In this document: positions 1 through 12,769 of the stretch, one piece after another | How the letters are laid out: the number at the start of each line of letters is the position of its first letter | Numbering within the stretch: position 1 is the first letter of the stretch | Assembly (NCBI RefSeq): GCF_009914755.1 | Contig: NC_060940.1 | Length of the DNA stretch: 64,000 bases | Source: the human T2T-CHM13v2.0 reference genome, Homo sapiens | Strand: one strand, 5' to 3' | The notes under the pieces: model-generated | Seen by the model: the letters and a program-made list of their open reading frames with translations, nothing else | Database searches by the model: none | Told to the model about the DNA's origin: nothing | Position numbers and translations under genes: made by a program

Positions 1-20
1 CTTTGCTTCTCACTGTGCAG

Positions 21-225
21 GACATGCAGGTGACTGGCGTGGAGGACGACAGCCGTGCCCTGAACATCACCATCCACAAGCCTGCGTCCAGCCCCCATTC
101 CAAGCCCTTCCCCATCCTCCAGGCCACCTTCATCTTCTCAGACCACATCCGCTGCATCATCGCCAAGCAGCGCCTGGCCAAAGGCCGCATCCAGGCAAGG
201 CGCATGAAGATGCAGAGAATAGCTG
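21..225 (+). CDS. CLEC16A: CLEC16A internal coding exon (conventionally exon 21; gene is 5'-incomplete in window): DMQVTGVEDDSRALNITIHKP...KMQRIA
   Basis: Pyrimidine tract + TGCAG|GAC acceptor at 19-20, CTG|GTGAGT donor at 226. The 205-nt exon ends in phase 1 and joins 2258 in frame. Peptide recognised as CLEC16A/ema/GOP-1 family C-terminal region. Confidence 0.96.
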
Positions 226-544
226 GTGAGTGGCTGGACCCTGGCAGGGCATCCTCTGAGCACTTGGTGGGTCAGGGCTGTTTGTAGTTCTCACACTGAC
301 CTTGAGAACCCCCATAGCATAGAAGAAGACACGTATGATTCAGGAATTGTTTTATATACGAATACGAGGAAGTTCCATTTCCTGGGTGTTTGGTTTCTGG
401 TGAGTTTCTAGGGCTGCATGGAAGAGAAGAGGAGCTCTCCCTAGCAGGCAGGAGGCCAGCAATAAGTAGACGTCAGTGTGGGACCACTCTTCTCAGCCCT
501 TCACACTGAAATTCTCAAGCATATGTTAACAAAGTGCTTTGACG

Positions 545-670
545 TTACTCTACCACCTCCGATCCTTAAAACAACTCTGGAGTTCTGTAGGGCCTGCTCT
601 GCCCATTTTACGGAGAAGGAAACAGGCTCAGGGACTTGCCCAAAGTCACACAGGCAGAACCCACAGGCAG
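545..670 (-). mobile_element. MIR SINE fragment
   Basis: CCCATTTTACGGAGAAGGAAACAGGCTCAG...ACTTGCCCAAAGTCACACAG matches the MIR core in reverse. Confidence 0.7.
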
Positions 671-1083
671 AACTTCCTACTGTAAACTTACCCCTTCCTC
701 CTTCCCCTTCCCAGTTCTTATAAGAGGCAGCCCTGCTTGGTGAAAGGCTGGAACCCTTGGAAGGAAGTCATTTTACATTTCACGGGGATTGCGGTGAATT
801 TCTGAGGAAGCCCAACACTGCCCAGTATTAGGAAGGCCAGGATTTATTACAAGGAAAGTCACAGAAATGAGGGAGATGCGTTCATTGGGCAGGAAGGCAA
901 GGCCTTCTCCTCGGCGTGGGGGGAAGGCATGCTGTCAACTCCTAAAATGACAGTCTTTCTCAAGATACCCAGTGCCATTCAGTTCAGGCACCAGTGCTCA
1001 TCCTGGTGGCTGCTGAGAGGATTTTAAGCCTACCTGGGGATGTGGGGGTGCTTTCTCAAGGGATAACTTTAAAATAAGCCCTT

Positions 1084-1378
<295 letters not shown>

Positions 1379-2257
1379 TCAGAGGGCCAGTTTCTGGGCG
1401 TTACCGATGCGATGATTTACTGTGCTGATTTGCACAGGCCCGCGTCCCACGTTGTCGTCCCCGTCTCATTTCTCACTTAGCTGAAACTTGGCCTACAAAA
1501 TCATTACTGAAGCATTCTGTAATGTGCAAAGTGACTTAAATCATTCAGCCCTTTCTTTTAAGATTTATTTTCAGAGAGTTTTTTTTTTTTCTTCATGTAA
1601 AGCAATTTCTCACAGCTGGCATGAAGGCCAAATACTTCATTTGAAAATTGAGAATTATGCTGTAAAGTGGCTGTTAGAACTAAAGCCTTGGGTATTTCTT
1701 AAATTGATTTTAAAAAGCCCCTCCGTATGGATATATTGGGAGGTTTATTTATGGAAGGGAGGTTAGTGGCTGAGACAGATAAACACCCACTCAGAGTTAC
1801 ACATGTACATGCACATCCATATTTTCGCATGCTCCTGCACATGTGCGGATATACATACACACGTATACGTGTGAACTCTCTGGGCAGACTCGGCCCCACT
1901 CGCTTGGGGTCTGAAACAGCCTTTGTCAGGGTCCTTTACACATGGAAGCTGAGAATCCAAAGTGGAAATTGACCCAGCTTCCATTCCACTCGAGGAGCCC
2001 AGGCTCAAACCCCTTTCTCCTTGGTCTCAACCTTGGCCCGAAGCCCTCACTTGGCTTCCGCTTGTGCGTTGAGCCTCAGTGGGAACTTTGATGTTCCACT
2101 GGTCTCTGCAGCTTGAGGCTGCCTGCCGCCCACTTGGCGTCTCCCAAGTGATGTGCCTGGCAGGGCCACAGCCACTACGATGTCCCCCCCCCCAAATTCT
2201 CACCACCCCCCTCTATCCCACATGCTCAGAGTGAACCATGCTATTGTTTGACCGTAG

Positions 2258-2425
2258 CCCTCCTGGACCTCCCAATCCAGCCCACCACTGAAGTCCTGGG
2301 GTTTGGACTCGGCTCCTCCACCTCCACTCAGCACCTGCCTTTCCGCTTCTACGACCAGGGGCGCCGGGGCAGCAGCGACCCCACAGTGCAGCGCTCCGTG
2401 TTTGCATCGGTGGACAAGGTGCCAG
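2258..2425 (+). CDS. CLEC16A: CLEC16A coding exon (exon 22): ALLDLPIQPTTEVLGFG...FASVDKVP
   Basis: TTTGACCGTAG|CC acceptor, CAG|GTGAGC donor at 2426. 168 nt, phase 1-1, in frame with both neighbours. Confidence 0.96.
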
Positions 2426-2559
2426 GTGAGCCAGCCCCCCGCCCTGCGCCACAGCTCGTTCATCATGGTGGGCGTTCAAGGTCTTTCTCTCTGTGGAGCC
2501 TGTGTGAGCTGCCCTTCCTCTCTCAGAAGCCCCGTCGGCTGGCAGCACCAGCTTCTTAG
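2426..2559 (+). CDS. CLEC16A: Read-through extension of exon 22 giving the short-isoform tail (G)EPAPRPAPQLVHHGGRSRSFSLWSLCELPFLSQKPRRLAAPAS*
   Basis: Frame stays open past the donor to TAG 2557-2559, followed by ATTAAA 2583 and AATAAA 2601. Matches my recollection of the short CLEC16A isoform. Confidence 0.8.
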
Positions 2560-2711
2560 AATTTGTCAAAGCACAGCGCAAGATTAAACACAGCCCCCAA
2601 AATAAATTTTGGCTTTCCCTTTAGTGTTTGGTTTGGTTTTCCAGAGATTTGTTGGGTATGTGGAAGAACTTCTCAGAATTGACTAAGAATTTTCTTGGAA
2701 ATTTCTTGGAA
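2553..2711. promoter_or_regulatory. Cluster of four GAS motifs (TTCYNRGAA, STAT5-type)
   Basis: TTCTTAGAA 2553-2561, TTCTCAGAA 2670-2678, TTCTTGGAA 2692-2700, TTCTTGGAA 2703-2711. Function inferred. Confidence 0.45.
2583..2640 (+). terminator. Intronic polyadenylation signal (ATTAAA 2583-2588, AATAAA 2601-2606, downstream GU/U-rich element)
   Basis: Canonical hexamer followed ~15-35 nt later by TTAGTGTTTGGTTTGGTTTT. Confidence 0.75.
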
Positions 2712-3299
2712 ACATTTAAATGATTAGTGCTGAAGTTGTGGGAGAGTAATTTCCTTCTCCATGTAAGATGACTAGAAAGAGAGAGTGTGTTTGGTTCCGG
2801 TTACAACCCCCTGAAGAAGTGAGACTTCAAAAGAAGGCCGTGCTGCCCACAGGTCAGCTGTCCACTCCTTCCATATGAGGGCGTCTCCTCCCACTTTTGC
2901 CACAGCTCATCTCTAACCCTGCTCCTCCGCTCCTCCCAAAACAGAAACTTGAATGGAAAGTCCATTGCTGATTTGTCAGAGTGGAAAGGACCACTTCTCC
3001 AGAAGACCGAGTTCTCCCCTTCCTGTTCTGACATGTCTGCTTTAAGTAAATCCGTATGCACCCCGATCCCTCGAAAGAGAGCCTTTCTTTTGGTTGCAAA
3101 AGTTTAGAGCGCTGGCCAAGCTCTCCCTCACAACTTAACCCCTCCCCATATAGGGCTTCAAACTTAAGTTGCAAGTGTTGTGAAATGTTTTCAAAAGCAG
3201 TTATTGATTTAAGAACAAAACGCAGCCATAGGAACCTGCTCAAAACCCGAGTCCTGGTTCCCCCATGTGATTTATTTTAGTTTCATTGTTTGATAATTC

Positions 3300-3830
3300 A
3301 TTATTTATATGTATATACCGTAGGCATATGATTTTTTAAAATCCAGACAGGAGATGATCAAATGAAAAATAAGTCTACTTTGCTTCAGAAGTAACTATTG
3401 TTAACAGTTTCTTGCCTGTCTTTCCAGAAATATTTCTTTGTATGTCATGCATATGTTTGTTTTTTACACATGGGGTATACCGTATGTCTGATGCTGCACC
3501 TTGCTACTTCTTCCTTAATAGAAAGTGTCACACATTAACACGTATAAATCAACCTAATTCTCCTTAACTGTTACATGGTATTTTGTCATATGGATGGGCA
3601 AAAAAATCTTTTTTGCTGTTTCGTATTTGGGTCATTTCCAGTGTTTTGCTCTTACAGTGTCACAGTGAGCATCCTTAGGGTGTCTTTGTGTAATTGTGCA
3701 AATTTCTCATGTCTGTGTGATAAATTCCTAGCAGTGAATTTGCCAAAGGGGAAGGTTTTTAATCTTGATATATGTAGTCCCAACGTGAACTCTAGAAAAC
3801 AGTACACCAATTCACTCTGCCACCCACAGC
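3300..3830 (-). mobile_element. Old L1 (L1ME-like) 3' region fragment
   Basis: AT-rich sequence with L1M-like motifs (TGTTAACAGTTTC, TTTCCAGTGTTTTGCT, GTGAGCATCCTT). Confidence 0.5.
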
Positions 3831-3864
3831 TTGTGATTGGTTTCTTTCTTAAATCCAGTCTCAG

Positions 3865-4167
3865 GGCTGGGCATGGCGGCTCATGCCAGTAATCCTAGCA
3901 CTTTGGGAGGCTAAGACAAGGCGGATTGCTTGAGCCCAGGAGTTTGAGACCAGCCTGGGCAACACAGTGAGACATCGTGTCTAGTATAAATAAAAAATTA
4001 GCCAGGCATGGTGGTGGGCACCTGTGGTCTCAGCTACACTCAGGAGGCTGAGGTGGGAGGGTCACTTGAGCCCAGGAGGTTGACGCTGCAGTGAGCTATG
4101 ATTGTACCATTGCCCTCCAGCCTGGGCAACAGAGTGAGACCCTGTCTCAAAAAGAAAAGAAAAAAAT
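3865..4167 (+). mobile_element. Alu (AluJ-like)
   Basis: Full dimer with A-rich tail. Confidence 0.92.
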
Positions 4168-5405
4168 AATCTTAGGCTGAGAGACTGATTGTGGCACCGC
4201 CTGTTTTCAGTGATGAAATGTGAGATGATTCTGCCTGTTTCAGGGTCAGGAGGATTCTTTGCTTAAAAAATTCTGCAGGTTGCTTCGTGTTCTGTGGCTA
4301 TGATTGCTAAGTAAATATAAAGTGTGACTGAGTCTAAGTTAACTAAGTACAAATTGACCTGGTAAGAAATGACTTCTTTAGGGTCATTGAGGCGTCTTTC
4401 AGTTTCGGAACTTACTGGTTAAAGAGAAAAGCCCAGGCCTTATTTCTGCTCTGAGCCCTTTTGGAACAAGGTAGAATGTAAATAAATACATGGAGCCAAG
4501 CGGCCCATTCTTCAGCATCTACATGATCATTTCTCTGTTTGCAGAATGCTTTAGGATGACTTATTGCTTACCTCTTCTACCCTGCCTGGCCTTCCACCGG
4601 TGGGTGAGAACATCAAATGCCAGGAGTGTGGCCCGGCTCCAGAACCTGGGCCTGCCTGCCGGGGTGGTTGGCACAGCTGGGATGCCCCATGTCCTGTTGC
4701 TGGTCCCAGGGTCAGCAAGTGTGAGGCTGTGCCAACTGGGACAACAGCAAGTCAGAGGTGGCTGCTGAAGGCAGCATCCACCCCTTGGCTGTGTCTCCCC
4801 TGACTGCCCCTGGAAGTGCCACTCAGCTATGAGGAGTGAGATGGAGACATTCTTATTTATCACACCACCCCCGCAAAGAGGGAGGCCTCGCTGCCCTCCC
4901 ACCTTGGCTTGGCACCAGAGCTGTGTCCTGAAGAGCAAGTTGAAATCCCTGAGCCTTGGCATGGTGGGAGCATAGGCTGCCCCCACCCCCATCTCAGTAG
5001 TCAGGGTCCCCCACAGCAGCAGCCACTCAGCACTTTGGAATCATTCTTAAAACTTTTCACCCTGCTTCCACACCCACCAGCCTGCTTGGCCTCCAGAAAA
5101 TACTGAGATCCGAGATCTCCTCTCCCAGATCTCCCAAGATTGCAACAGAAGCCTTCTCAGGATCCCTAGCTTCCATTCAGCCAGTGGGATCATTCTAGTA
5201 CTTAAATCAGATTACGTCATACCCCTGCCTCCAGCTTTTTGGTAGTTTCCTGTTGCACTTAGAACAAAATCCACATCTCTCCTTCTGATCTTGGGTGGTG
5301 GCTGTGAGATCCGGCCCCAACTGGCCTCTCAGATGAAGTTCCCCCAACCCCAAGCTCACTCTAGCCCCAACCCCAGCCTTGCCAGCCCCTGCTGCTCCTC
5401 TAAGC

Positions 5406-5860
5406 TAGCATTTCTCAGAGTTTTAGCCTCAGCACCCACGTGTTTATCTGCTTAAAAAGTATTACAGAACTTAAAGAGCTTTCATTTAGATAGATTATAT
5501 TTATAGATATTTATGACATTAGAAATTAAAACTAAGAAATGCTTTCAATATATACTTCTTGAATAAACCCATTGCATATATGCATAACTAACATAGTTTT
5601 CTATGAACAATAACTCTGTTTTCCAAAACATAGAAAAAAATTGATCTTGCACATTTCTGCAAGTCTCTTTAATGCCTGGCTTAATAGAAGACATCTGGAT
5701 TCTCCTCTTTGCTTCTGTTTTCTGTCTGTTGTGATAGCATGCATTCTGTGGCCTCTGGAAAACTCCTCAGTACACCCCTGGGAATATGAACATAAAAGAA
5801 AAATGTCTTACTATTTTTATGAAAACAAGGATTTCCAGACCACACTTTGAGACCCACTCC
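5406..5860. mobile_element. hAT-Charlie DNA transposon remnant (Charlie1-like)
   Basis: Ends in GACCACACTTTGAGACCCACT (hAT TIR-like); internal CTCTTTAATGCCTGGCTTAATAGAAGACA. Confidence 0.55.
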
Positions 5861-5943
5861 TGTAAATCACTGTGGCCTTCCCTGCCCCAGGGCCTTGCAC
5901 TGGATGTCTGTACCCAGATGTTGGTGTAGCTGCCTCCCGCTAA

Positions 5944-6340
<397 letters not shown>

Positions 6341-8340
6341 TAGCCTGGTTCCGTTTATCCACAGCACTGAGGTTCCTTACCTGGCTGATGCCTTTGTGTG
6401 CCTGGTCATAGTCTTTCTCCCCTGCAGAGAGGGTTGCCTGCGTGGGAACCTTCTGTGCTGTTTACCCTGCATCTCAGCGCCTAGCTCTGTGCCCCCACTT
6501 AGTATCGTTGAGTGAAGAATGAGCCTGCATTTGTTATCTGCTCAGCCTTGGAACAGAGCCCATCAAAGGCCTTCTCCCTTCTCTGAACACGGGAAGACAA
6601 GGAAAGTCCCTCTGGGGCCCTAGATACTTGGTGGTTTAGTCCATGGAACTTTGACAAGGGAACACAAAGGAACTGAGAACCGAGAAGACCTTAAGCAGCA
6701 TCCCTCGGCTAAATTTCTGTCACCAAGCGAGCAAGATGTGTGTCCAAGGACCATGTACCCAGGTGACAGATTTAGGTTGGTTGCATATCAACTGAATTTC
6801 ACCACCCTCCTCCTACTCAGAGTTTTACAGAAGCCACAGAGTAGTGACACGGGGAGCCGGGCAGTGGAGGGAGATTCGGTCATCAGAAACCTGGCCCAGG
6901 TTGGCCTCTGATACTGTGACATGTCACCATTGCCATCAAGGGCCCGTGGGTGCTGGGGCGTGACCACTTCCCACCCTCCACAATGGTGCCCCTCCCCATA
7001 GGCCGCACAGCGCATGGAGTCCTTGCTTCTGCCTAGATAATAATTCACAAGGAAGAAAACAACTCTGGCTGCTGCCTCGGGGTGGCTGCCAGACAAGGGT
7101 GTTTTATTAGGACACATCTTCCGATTTTATCTGCGGGCCCAGGTAATTGTCATAGAGCAGTTTGTCTCCCCTTTAGAAGCTATAAACGATTGTATTTGAT
7201 GAAAATATGCCTTTCATTTCCTTGGATGAGATATTAAAGTAGTGTATAAATCAGGGCTAATAGGTGACTAGCCACTTTGGTGTATTTTTCTTCTTCCATT
7301 TGGCTCAGAAAAAAAAAATCACAAGTTCTATTTATTGGCTGGTTTTATGTTGATGGCTCTCACCCTCACAGAATGTTCAGCTTCACGAGGGATTGTGCGT
7401 GCGCCTGGCCAAGGAGGGGGGTCAGTGGCGGCCAGTATGTGGGGGTGGGCAGGCATGGCCAGGCCTAGACTCTAGCCTGAGCACTCTGTGGCTTTGAGTG
7501 CCATGTTGCTGTGGTTAGTGCCTCATGGACCTGGCCCATGGCAACAGCTGCTTCTAGAGATAGAATCTGTCATGATGGGCAGGGTGTCCAAAACTCGCCT
7601 GCAAGGCCACCCTTTCCATAAACTCCAAGTGGACCAGCAGACCCCAGAGCAGAAGCTGTTCCCCAGAAATGACCCAGGGGTGTCAGGGGCTACGGCCTCC
7701 CAGAACAGCCTTGCTCCTCACTCTGGGCTCCTACTGGCCCAGAGGCTGCTTCAGGAGGCCGCAGGGAACCAGAGCTGCTTACAGGTGTTACCCTGGTGGG
7801 TTGGTGGGTGTGGGAAGGGCTGGCAGAGCACACAGCTCAGAGGAGCAGCCAGGCAGGTTGACATCTCCTGGCCCTTGCAGATGAGGGCTTAGTGACATGA
7901 CAAAAAAGTGACCTGTTCCCACCTGGTTTACCATCAACCGCTCCCCACCAGCCTGTTAACTCCGGGACAGGGACTTCTCTGCCTCTTCTGCTGCTCTCTC
8001 CTTAAAACCCACCAGCCCCTCCTGTCACCAGCCCCTCTCTGTGGCCCATGGTCCCATGCAGTCTGGCCCCTGCCCTCTTCTGGGATCAGCTCCCAGCCCT
8101 CTCTCCCCTCGGCTCTCTGCAGATGACACAATCCAGCCCTTCAGCCGCACTGGCTGGCTGGCTGTGCCTCACCAGGGCCAAGTGCGTCCCATTTCAGGGC
8201 CTCTGTTTTCGTGCTTCCCTCCGCCTGGAGCCCTCTGCATGGCTGGTTCCTTCTCAGCACTCAGGGCTCTGCTCCGATACCTCAAAAAGGGGCCTTCCCT
8301 GAGTGCCCAGGTCACCCTAGTTCTCTGCACGGCAGCTTGT

Positions 8341-8920
8341 TTTTAATTGAGGTGAAATTTAACACAACATAAAACTAACCACTTGAAAGTGAACAATTCA
8401 GTGGCATTTAGAACCTTCCCAAGATTGTGCCATCATCCTCTCCTCTAGTTCCAAAACATTTCCATCCCCTCAAAAGAAAACCCCATAGCCATTAAGTAGT
8501 CATCGCCCACCCACCCCCCCCGCCCCCGCCCCCATCCAGCCCCTGGCATCCACTAATCTGCTTTCTGTCTCTATAGATTTACGTAGTCTGGGTATTTCAT
8601 ATCAATCATACAATCCATGGCCTTTCATGCCTGGCTTCTTTCAGTTTGCATCATGTTTTCAAGGTGCATCTATCCTTCTTTTAGCTGAATAATATGCATT
8701 ATATGGATAGACGTTGTTTTGCTTCCACCTTCATCCATCAATGCACATTTGGGCTGTGTCTGCCTTTTGGCTATTGTTGAATGGGTTGCTGCGAACATTC
8801 GTGCACAAGCTTTTGTTTGAACGCCTGTTTTGTTTTCAGTTATTTCTGGTATATACCTAGGAGTAAAAAGTAGGTCATGTGACAATCTAACTTTCTGAGG
8901 AATTGCCAGACCGTTTTCCC
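8341..8920 (-). mobile_element. L1M (L1MB-like) 3' end
   Basis: TTTTAATTGAGGTGAAATT...AATTCAGTGGCATTTAG, CACTAATCTGCTTTCTGTCTCTATAGATTT and TATATACCTAGGAGT are typical L1M 3'UTR motifs. Confidence 0.8.
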
Positions 8921-9325
8921 ATGGTCTTCATAGTCCTTAGCTTTAGCTGAAATTGCCTCTTGTATTCCTTGTTCTCTGACACTATCCTGCACTAGAATGG
9001 AAGGCACTTGGCCAGGGGGTGGGTACAGGGTTGTGGGGAACCTCGTTTGTCTTGTCCTTGACAGTGCTCATGGATGCCTATGAAGTAGTTGCTCAGTGAA
9101 TACCGATGTGTGGGCGGATGGATGCATTGGTGGATGGGAGGCTGGGGGACAGAGGATGGGGCTGGAGGAATTGTTCAGTCTTGTTTTCCCAACAGACTGT
9201 AAACCCCTAAGGCCAGGGTATTTCTGTCTTATTCAGGTCTGGTACCCTGTGCCAGTTGGTGGTGGTTTGGGTGTGAGCTGGCAAGTTGGACTTCATCCCT
9301 TAAGGGCTAAGCTGGACTTTATTCA

Positions 9326-9676
<351 letters not shown>

Positions 9677-9721
9677 TCACCGGTGTTATCTTTATCAAAG
9701 GCACCTAAACCGGCAGGGTCA

Positions 9722-9731
9722 GTCACGTGAC
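9722..9731. promoter_or_regulatory. Perfect palindromic E-box/CLEAR-type motif GTCACGTGAC
   Basis: Exact 10-mer seen; binding inferred. Confidence 0.35.
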
Positions 9732-10815
9732 CCAGAGCACTTAATAGTTCCGTGGAAAAGCCTCGCCGGTTCCAGAGGCAGCCCTTGGCAGCTGAGTAAC
9801 TTAGGAAGAATGCAGAAATGACAGTGTGCTATGAGCCAGCTGAGCTGACCGCAAAGCCTCTGACCGCCATCCAAAAAGGCAAAAAGAAAATTGATGTTTC
9901 ATTCATAGACATCAGTTCAGACCTCCCCTGAGAATAACGTCCTAGGTGCTAATGTCATCTCATGGTGGCATTTTCCAGGAACTAATTTTTTAGTCCTCTT
10001 ATTTTTCTTGTTTCTGATTATAAAACTGGAGCCAGTTCTCTCCTTGTAGCTCCCCAAGGCAAAAAATACCCTTTCTGGAGTCACACAGGAAGAAGGACCT
10101 GGGGCTTCCTCCAGCTTCTCCAGCCCGGTCTTAACCCTTTCCCAGCCTTCAGCTCACTGCTTAGAGACTTGGGCCAGCAGGTTAGTGAGGCGGGTCCGTG
10201 AGTTATGGAAATTTGATTCCTACCCTCAGGCCTTTTATAAAGCAAAATTTATTGAGCTGCTAAGCACTTTATGCATTATTCTTGTTCGAGCTTCCCAATA
10301 GCCCTCAGAAGGAAGATGTTACCATTTTCCCTTTCAGCAGGTCAGAAAGTGGCCTACCCAAGGTCACACCAGATACCCTCCCTCCAGCGTCAGACCCTGA
10401 GTCCCACCACCATGCTGAACCAACTTTTAATTCATAGCTAATGTGAATTCCCCTTTTCTGATTTTTTTTTTTTTTTTTTTTTTGAAAGAAGGGCCTAACA
10501 GCAGCCACCTAAGGCCTCACTGGTACCAGGCAAAACTACGTTGTCGGCTCCAACTCTAAGCATATTTTAGACAGAAAAATTTGTATCTATTTCTGGAAGT
10601 GTGAGCTATAATTTGGAAGAATTAACCATGTTGGGCACTTTATATGCACAAATTCTATCCTCCCGACCACCCTGGAAGCTGGTATCACTTGCTCTGCCTC
10701 ACAGATAGGAAACTGAGGCTCAAAGCAAGACTGCAGAGCTCACATGAGATAGGCTGAGATCTGTACCTCCCCTTCCTGCCTCTAAATCCCATTTGCTTCA
10801 AGGCTGGCATTGGTG

Positions 10816-11038
10816 CAGGTTGAATATTCCTTATCCAAGATGCTTGGGACCATGAGTGTTTTGAATTTTGGATTTGGGGGAATTTTGGAATATTTGCATT
10901 ATACTTACTTACTGGTTTAGCTTCACTAATCTAAAAATCCGAAATCTGAAATGCTCCGATGTGTGTTTCCTTTGAGTGTCATGTCGACACTCAAAAAGTT
11001 TTGGATTTTGGATTTTCAGATTTGGATTGCTCAACCTG
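10816..11038 (+). mobile_element. Tigger4a/MER46A-like TcMar MITE
   Basis: TIRs CAGGTTGA...TCAACCTG; body CCTTATCCAAGATGCTTGGGACC...TTTGAGTGTCATGTCG. Confidence 0.8.
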
Positions 11039-12740
11039 CAATGACTGAGCTACTTCGCATGGCAGCTCTGCCTGTCTCAGAATGTCAGAGATCAGTAGGA
11101 TAGGCCCTCCTTAGAGAGGGGCCTCAAGGGATGCCCCTGGTCTAGACAGAATGTTCCCTACTCCCCTCTTCCGTCATCCACCCTGGCATAGGCCCACATC
11201 CTCGTGCCCCAAGACCCACTTCCAGTGTTTCAAGGACAAACCTGCAAAGCAGCAATCCAGAAAGATGCTCCGTCCTGAGACCACCACTTCCAAACCAGGC
11301 TAGCGGTGCAGGGCTCGTTCCTGCACAGGTTTGTCCCTGGTGTGCATGAACAAAAAGCAGAAGGATGACTTCAAAATCCTGCCTGAACAAAAGCAGCAGG
11401 ATTTGAGCCCCTTTCAAAGCTTTCTGGCAATTGCCTCTAAGAGATCAGCCTTCAAGTGGTGGGGCAGGGGTGTGGGGAACAGATCCTACTCAAAAATCAG
11501 CCCTGAGCTGAGTCCAAGGGGTCTCCTGTTTGCCAAGCCTCTTTTCAGGGCTCCAGAGCAGCTGTGGAGAGAGAGAGCCTCAGGGAATCTGGAGCTGGGC
11601 TCACACAGCCAGAGAAGGAACCGCGTTCCCGGATCCGGGCCTGCAAGGTTTCCCCACTCACAACATGCCCCCCAAAGACACTTTCCCAATAGACACAGTA
11701 GCACTTGTCATGGGGAGCCCTCTCTCGCTAAATATGGACACAGTAGGCAGGGCCAGCCATCTTGCCCAGATGCTTTTCTGGGAGGTGGAGGGAGGGGAAG
11801 AAGAGAGTTCCAAAGAACTGAGTGTTGCTTCACTCTTTGGGGTCATTACCTAACTCATACTGCCAAAGCGACTGTATGCCCGGGAGCCTTCTGGTCATAA
11901 GAGTGTGTCAGATGGCAGGGAACACTCCCTGGTTGCTAATAGAGAAGCCCGTGCAGTAGGTGGGGGGAGAGAACAAACCCCATATGCAATCTGCCATTTG
12001 ACCTGGGCCATGCCTTAGAATGTTCTGTAGGCTCGGGTGGGCCCGCAGCAGGGCAGCCATGCCGGCAGCACAGCACAGGCCAGTGTCAGTGGCAGAGCGG
12101 GTGGCTTGGCCACACACCCCGTGTGCTCACCAGCACGGGCCTGGCCCCACACGTAGGATAGAGCTCTCCAGCCTCATCCTCCAGCCTCCTAGTCAAGCAC
12201 ATCTAGTGCATAACAGAAAAGACTGGAAGACACCAAGAAAAGATCGAACTTACCAAATCTTCCCACCCCAGGGTGTCCATGATCAATCCCAGCATCCTTT
12301 TTTTCATTGTTTTTCCTGTTCATTCACAATGGGGTTTCTTTTCCCAGCAGCAGAGTATTTGCCCAGGTGAGAAGCAGCAGAATGAAAGCACCCAGCACAA
12401 GCCAAAGAGTATGGGCCCAAGTCCCAGCCTTCCACCTCCACGGGAAAATTGTTAGGTGGCCTTGACCCATTTGGTTCACCTTGTTGGATCTCAGTTTATT
12501 CATATAAGAAACAGGGATGATGCTCGACAATGTGAGTGGACTTAAGAACTGAACTGTACTCTTACTAATGGCTCAGATGGTAGATTCTGTTATGTGTACC
12601 ACAACCGAAAAACAAAAAATGGGATACAAGTGTCACCTCATTAGGCTCTTGTGACATAAAATGAGTTCATTCACCTAAGTGCCCAGAACAATGCCTGACC
12701 CATATAAAACGTTCAGCAAAGGTTAACTGCTCTTGCCATT

Positions 12741-12769
12741 TTGTTGTTGTTGTTGTTGTTGTTGTTGTT
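12741..12769. repeat. (TTG)n microsatellite, ~9 units
   Basis: Direct observation; lies at the end of a MIR-like segment. Confidence 0.9.

Noticed and set aside
4397-4406. IRF/ISRE core TTTCAGTTTC
   Set aside because: Single isolated match with non-consensus flanks.
4545-4603. Possible cryptic exon (TTCTCTGTTTGCAG|AA ... GTGGGT/GTGAGA)
   Set aside because: Splice-like signals only; 55 or 59 nt with no other support. Such pseudo-exons are common in 40-kb introns.
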